Source: Caldilineales bacterium (GTDB taxonomy: Bacteria; Chloroflexota; Anaerolineae; Caldilineales; Caldilineaceae). From it: a stretch of DNA of 64,000 bases. Position 1 is the first letter of the stretch. Every line of letters starts with the position of its first letter. The notes below the pieces were generated by a model. The model was not told the origin of the DNA, made no database searches, and saw only the letters and a program-made list of their open reading frames with translations. Positions 57,784 to 64,000 of this stretch are shown piece by piece. The stretch is from positions 3,298 through 67,297 of the forward strand of contig JBBRBX010000012.1 in the NCBI GenBank assembly GCA_038205395.1, in the 5' to 3' direction. A program made the translations under genes and the position numbers.

Positions 57784-59376
57784 TTATGCGGCATGTAGCG
57801 TGCGGTTAAGCCGCGCATAGATGCCGTGATTCTGACGGTAGATTTGTACAAATTCGCCAAACAATTCGTCGTACAGTGCCCGGTGTTCCCGATTGGGTTC
57901 GTAGATTGCGGCGATCGGCATCTGGCTGTTGACGCTCTCGACCGTCATAAAGCCTAAGCCGATTGCTCCCAGGCAGCCTGCCCCGCGCGCATTGGCATAG
58001 ATAGGGTCTGCTACCTGCACAATTGGCCGGTTGAGCACGTCGGCAAAGATCTGGCGCCAAAATGGCGAACGCGCGCCCCCTCCCACCAGGTGAATGTTTG
58101 CCAGCGGCCGGCGGATAAACCCTTCGACTGCCTGCATCAGCCAGCGCATGTTAAAGGCGACCCCTTCGTATACGGCGCGCACCATGTCGCTGCGTGTGCT
58201 GCGCAGCGAAAGATTGTGCCAGCCGCCGCGCAGCGTGCGCTGGTCGACCGGCGAGCGCTCACCGTGCAGCCAGGGAGTGAAGAGCAGCCGCCGGCTGCCT
58301 GCCGGCGCTGCGCGCGCGGCAGCTTCCAAGCGCGCAAAGAAATCGGCCGGCGCCGGGCTGGCAGCAAACGCATCGTCCGCATACAGCAGGCTGTCGCGCA
58401 GCAGCGTGAGGCAGGCGCCTGCGCTTTCCTGCTCGTTGATCAGCAGATAACGGCCAGGCAGCGCCGACGGCAGTGAGGCCATGTTGTGCAGCAAGTCGCT
58501 CTTCTTGAACGGCACATGGCAGCCCAGCCAGGCCGACGTTCCGATATAGCAGTGCGCTGCAAAATCCGCCACCGCGCCCGAACCGATGGCCGCCGAGTGA
58601 ATGTCGGGTGTGCCCGCCACGACTTGGGTCTGCGGGCTTAGCCCCAGATCGACGGCGGCATCCGCTGTCAGCGGCCCCAGAACATCTATTGCTCGGCACA
58701 GATCGGGCAGCTTGGCGCGTTCAATGCCTGCCATCTGCAGCAGTTGTGTATCGTAGTGGATGTTGTGGATGTCGCGATTGTCAGTCACCCAATGCAGCGT
58801 GATTGACTCGACCGTGGCCGCACATATTCCCGTGAGCCTGTAGTTGATGTAATCTTTGGGTTCCAGAAATTTGTATGTGCGCGCGTAGATGTCCGGCTGT
58901 TCATGCTGGAGCAGGAGAATGTGCGCCAGCGAATCCTTGCCGGAGGGCGAAGGGACGCCGCCTGTGCGCCGCAGCCACGTCCACAGCTTGGCAGCGCCAT
59001 AGCTTTGCACACGGGGAAAACCACCAATGCGCTGCCGGATGTAGGGCGCCCCCCGGTCGTCCATCCAGATGATGGCGCGTGCCAGCGGCGTTCCTTGCTC
59101 GTCAATTGCCACCGTACCCGACCACTGGGCAGTAACGCATACGCCTTGCACGCTGGCGCTGGAGACCGCAGCCGCGTTTTGCGCCAGCAGACGGCGGGTG
59201 GCGGTGCAAATCGCCGCCCACCACTGCGCGGGGTCCTGTTCCACGCCGCCCTGCGGCAGCACGTGCAGCGGCACAGCTTCGCTGTCGCCTGCCAGCACGA
59301 CGCCCTGCACGCTCAGCAGCGCCACCTTGACGCCGGATGTGCCAAGATCAATGGCTAGAATGGTGGGTTCGCTCAT
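57784..59376 (-). CDS. FGGY-family carbohydrate kinase
   Basis: ILAIDLGTSGVKVAL N-terminal ATPase motif and the C-terminal HLVGGGARSPFWRQIFADV motif. Confidence 0.9.
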   Translation of the reverse strand: MSEPTILAIDLGTSGVKVALLSVQGVVLAGDSEAVPLHVLPQGGVEQDPAQWWAAICTATRRLLAQNAAAVSSASVQGVCVTAQWSGTVAIDEQGTPLARAIIWMDDRGAPYIRQRIGGFPRVQSYGAAKLWTWLRRTGGVPSPSGKDSLAHILLLQHEQPDIYARTYKFLEPKDYINYRLTGICAATVESITLHWVTDNRDIHNIHYDTQLLQMAGIERAKLPDLCRAIDVLGPLTADAAVDLGLSPQTQVVAGTPDIHSAAIGSGAVADFAAHCYIGTSAWLGCHVPFKKSDLLHNMASLPSALPGRYLLINEQESAGACLTLLRDSLLYADDAFAASPAPADFFARLEAAARAAPAGSRRLLFTPWLHGERSPVDQRTLRGGWHNLSLRSTRSDMVRAVYEGVAFNMRWLMQAVEGFIRRPLANIHLVGGGARSPFWRQIFADVLNRPIVQVADPIYANARGAGCLGAIGLGFMTVESVNSQMPIAAIYEPNREHRALYDELFGEFVQIYRQNHGIYARLNRTLHAA

Positions 59377-59505
59377 GATTTATTGTAGGATTATCGCCGG
59401 ATGTTATCTTTCGGCTTTATTATACCCTGATCTCGCTCAACAAGGCCAGCGAACATCCGTTCCGCCGGTATTGGCCGGCGGCTGCCGAAATGCCGGACAG
59501 AGACC

Positions 59506-59543
59506 AAAATAAAGGCGGGCCAACAATGGCTCGCCTTTATTTT
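59506..59543 (-). terminator. Intrinsic terminator after the S8 peptidase gene
   Basis: AAAATAAAGGCG(G)GCC / GGC(T)CGCCTTTATTTT form a ~16-bp imperfect hairpin, with a U-run following on the minus strand (UUUUGG). Confidence 0.65.
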
Positions 59544-59555
59544 GATTCGTTTCGC

Positions 59556-60884
59556 CTATGATCCGCCGACAATCACGGGCAGATAAAGGTCGCTGCCTTT
59601 AGTGGCGCCGCCGCTCGGCGGATTAGTGGGGGCATCAGTCGGGGGGTCAGCCGGCTCCGGTGTGACCCCATCGTTGGCGGCCAGGAGCGCGGCATAGGCA
59701 TCGACACGGCCGTAGCCAAAGAGTTTATCTTTGCCTGGATCACCCAGATCAACTGCCGTGCTGGTGAGGAGGTCAGTCAGCTCCGCGACCGTCAGGTCAG
59801 GCCGGCGGCTGAGCAGCAGCCCTGCCAGCCCGCTGACAAAGGGGCTGGCCATGCTGGTGCCGCTCATGTAGGCATAGCCGCTGGTGTCTTGCAAGGAATA
59901 ATAGGTGCTGTAGATGCTCACTGCCGGCGCACACACATCAACAAAGTCGCCGTAGCTGCTCGTCTGCCAATGGCCGTCGCTCTTATCCGTACCACCTACA
60001 GCGATGACTGTTGGGAGGGCGGCTGGATAGAATGGCTCCTCTTGCGCACGGTTGCCTGCCGCCGCCACCACGACAACGTTGTGGTCTTGCGCGTAGCCGA
60101 CAGCCTCTACGAGTGTCATGGAGGAAATCGTTGCGCCCAGGCTTAAATTGATCACCTGCGCCCCGTGATCCACGGCATAGAGGATGCCGGCGGCGACGTT
60201 GCCCCAGTTGCCGCTGTTATTTGCGTTGAGCACTTTGACCGGCATCAATTTGCACTGTGGGCAGACGCCGACGGTGCCGATGCCGTTTAACCCCGCGCCG
60301 GCAATGCCGGCAACATGCGTGCCGTGGCCAAGATCGTCGCTTGGATCGTCATCTTTGTTGACAAAATCATAGCCTGGGACAAGCCTGTCGCTGAATTCGG
60401 GGTGCTGCAGATTGATGCCTGAATCGACGATGGCGATGATTACTTCGTCGCCTTCCGTAACGTCCCAGGCCTGGGCCAGGCGCAAAAGATGCTGGGCGTA
60501 ACTTTTATCAGGGTCTGCATAGGCGGGATCGCTGATGGTGTGGACGCCTGTCACCAGGGCATCGGCTTCGGCATAGACCACGGGCGTCATAGCCAGCGCA
60601 GCCGCTGCGATGTCTGCCCGTTCGGCGGCGAACTCAACTTGCGCCACGTTGATCTGCGGCAGCCAGGCAATCAGGTGTGCGCCGGCTGCGGCCAGCCACT
60701 CGCTGCGTTCCGCTTCCGTCACGCCGGGCTGAAATTGGATCAGATAGGTGTTGCGTCCGTCTTCCTGCGCCTGTACGGGCGCTGCACCCAGGGCAGCCAC
60801 AGCGAAAAATAGGAGCAGCAGCAAGGCTGTCGTGTATTTCGCCGCCTCTCCTCTACTGATTGCAAACTGCATAGTTCCCCTCAT
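59556..60884 (-). CDS. Secreted S8 subtilisin-family serine peptidase with I9 propeptide
   Basis: Signal peptide, catalytic triad blocks IAIVDSGI, HGTHVAGIAGA and MSGTSMASPFVSG, and a Pro/Thr-rich C-terminal tail. Confidence 0.92.
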   Translation of the reverse strand: MRGTMQFAISRGEAAKYTTALLLLLFFAVAALGAAPVQAQEDGRNTYLIQFQPGVTEAERSEWLAAAGAHLIAWLPQINVAQVEFAAERADIAAAALAMTPVVYAEADALVTGVHTISDPAYADPDKSYAQHLLRLAQAWDVTEGDEVIIAIVDSGINLQHPEFSDRLVPGYDFVNKDDDPSDDLGHGTHVAGIAGAGLNGIGTVGVCPQCKLMPVKVLNANNSGNWGNVAAGILYAVDHGAQVINLSLGATISSMTLVEAVGYAQDHNVVVVAAAGNRAQEEPFYPAALPTVIAVGGTDKSDGHWQTSSYGDFVDVCAPAVSIYSTYYSLQDTSGYAYMSGTSMASPFVSGLAGLLLSRRPDLTVAELTDLLTSTAVDLGDPGKDKLFGYGRVDAYAALLAANDGVTPEPADPPTDAPTNPPSGGATKGSDLYLPVIVGGS

Positions 60885-61097
60885 AGCCTGTCCCGCAACG
60901 TCTACTTGTTATGGCTTGGCTATAAGGATAGGCCAGGTGCGGAACGTTTGCGTCGGCGGAACGACCCACTTCCGGCGTTAAAATGCGCTGATGTTTGCGG
61001 CTGGCCGGCGTGCGAATGTCCTATCCGCCAGAGACAAATGTCCTGCGCTGCGAGTAGACTGGGGGCATAGACTGGGTGAATAGGCTGTGCGTGGGCT

Positions 61098-64000
<2,903 letters not shown>

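Overview
This is a high-GC (about 60%) bacterial chromosomal window of roughly 50 protein genes and 2 tRNAs. I found no rRNA, CRISPR array, transposase, integrase, or recognisable defence or toxin-antitoxin module. Several features together point to a Chloroflexota- or Deinococcota-like lineage, though this is an inference only: a T-box leader, a GlnRS with a YqeY-like tail, a class II HMG-CoA reductase beside an archaeal-type HMG-CoA synthase, and leaderless-type promoters.

Most of the content is housekeeping:
- Translation: rplU-rpmA-rpmE, thrS-infC, gltX-glnS-tRNA-Gln, pth and truD.
- Repair, division and proteolysis: mfd, ftsH and ftsK.
- Other: tdk, two sensor kinases, a NitT/TauT-type ABC importer, an ABC exporter, and sugar/lipid enzymes.

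The items most worth a second look are:
1. A GrdB-family reductase gene is interrupted by an in-frame TGA inside a U-x-x-C motif, with a SECIS-like hairpin just downstream. It is a candidate selenoprotein that the ORF track splits into two ORFs.
2. A complete T-box riboswitch (T-box core plus overlapping terminator) sits upstream of an M20 amidohydrolase rather than an aaRS or biosynthesis gene.
3. A 414-nt structured leader with two near-identical terminator modules lies upstream of the ABC importer and matches no riboswitch class I can recognise.
4. A co-directional six-gene block links an R2-like oxidase, two degenerate Nuo/Mrp antiporter-like proteins plus a small membrane protein, and the mevalonate enzymes HMGR and HMGCS.
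5. A DsbA gene is followed by a DsbB (BdbC-type) protein fused through an extra TM helix to a c-type cytochrome domain.

All calls come from reading the sequence and translations by eye. No database search or folding program was run.
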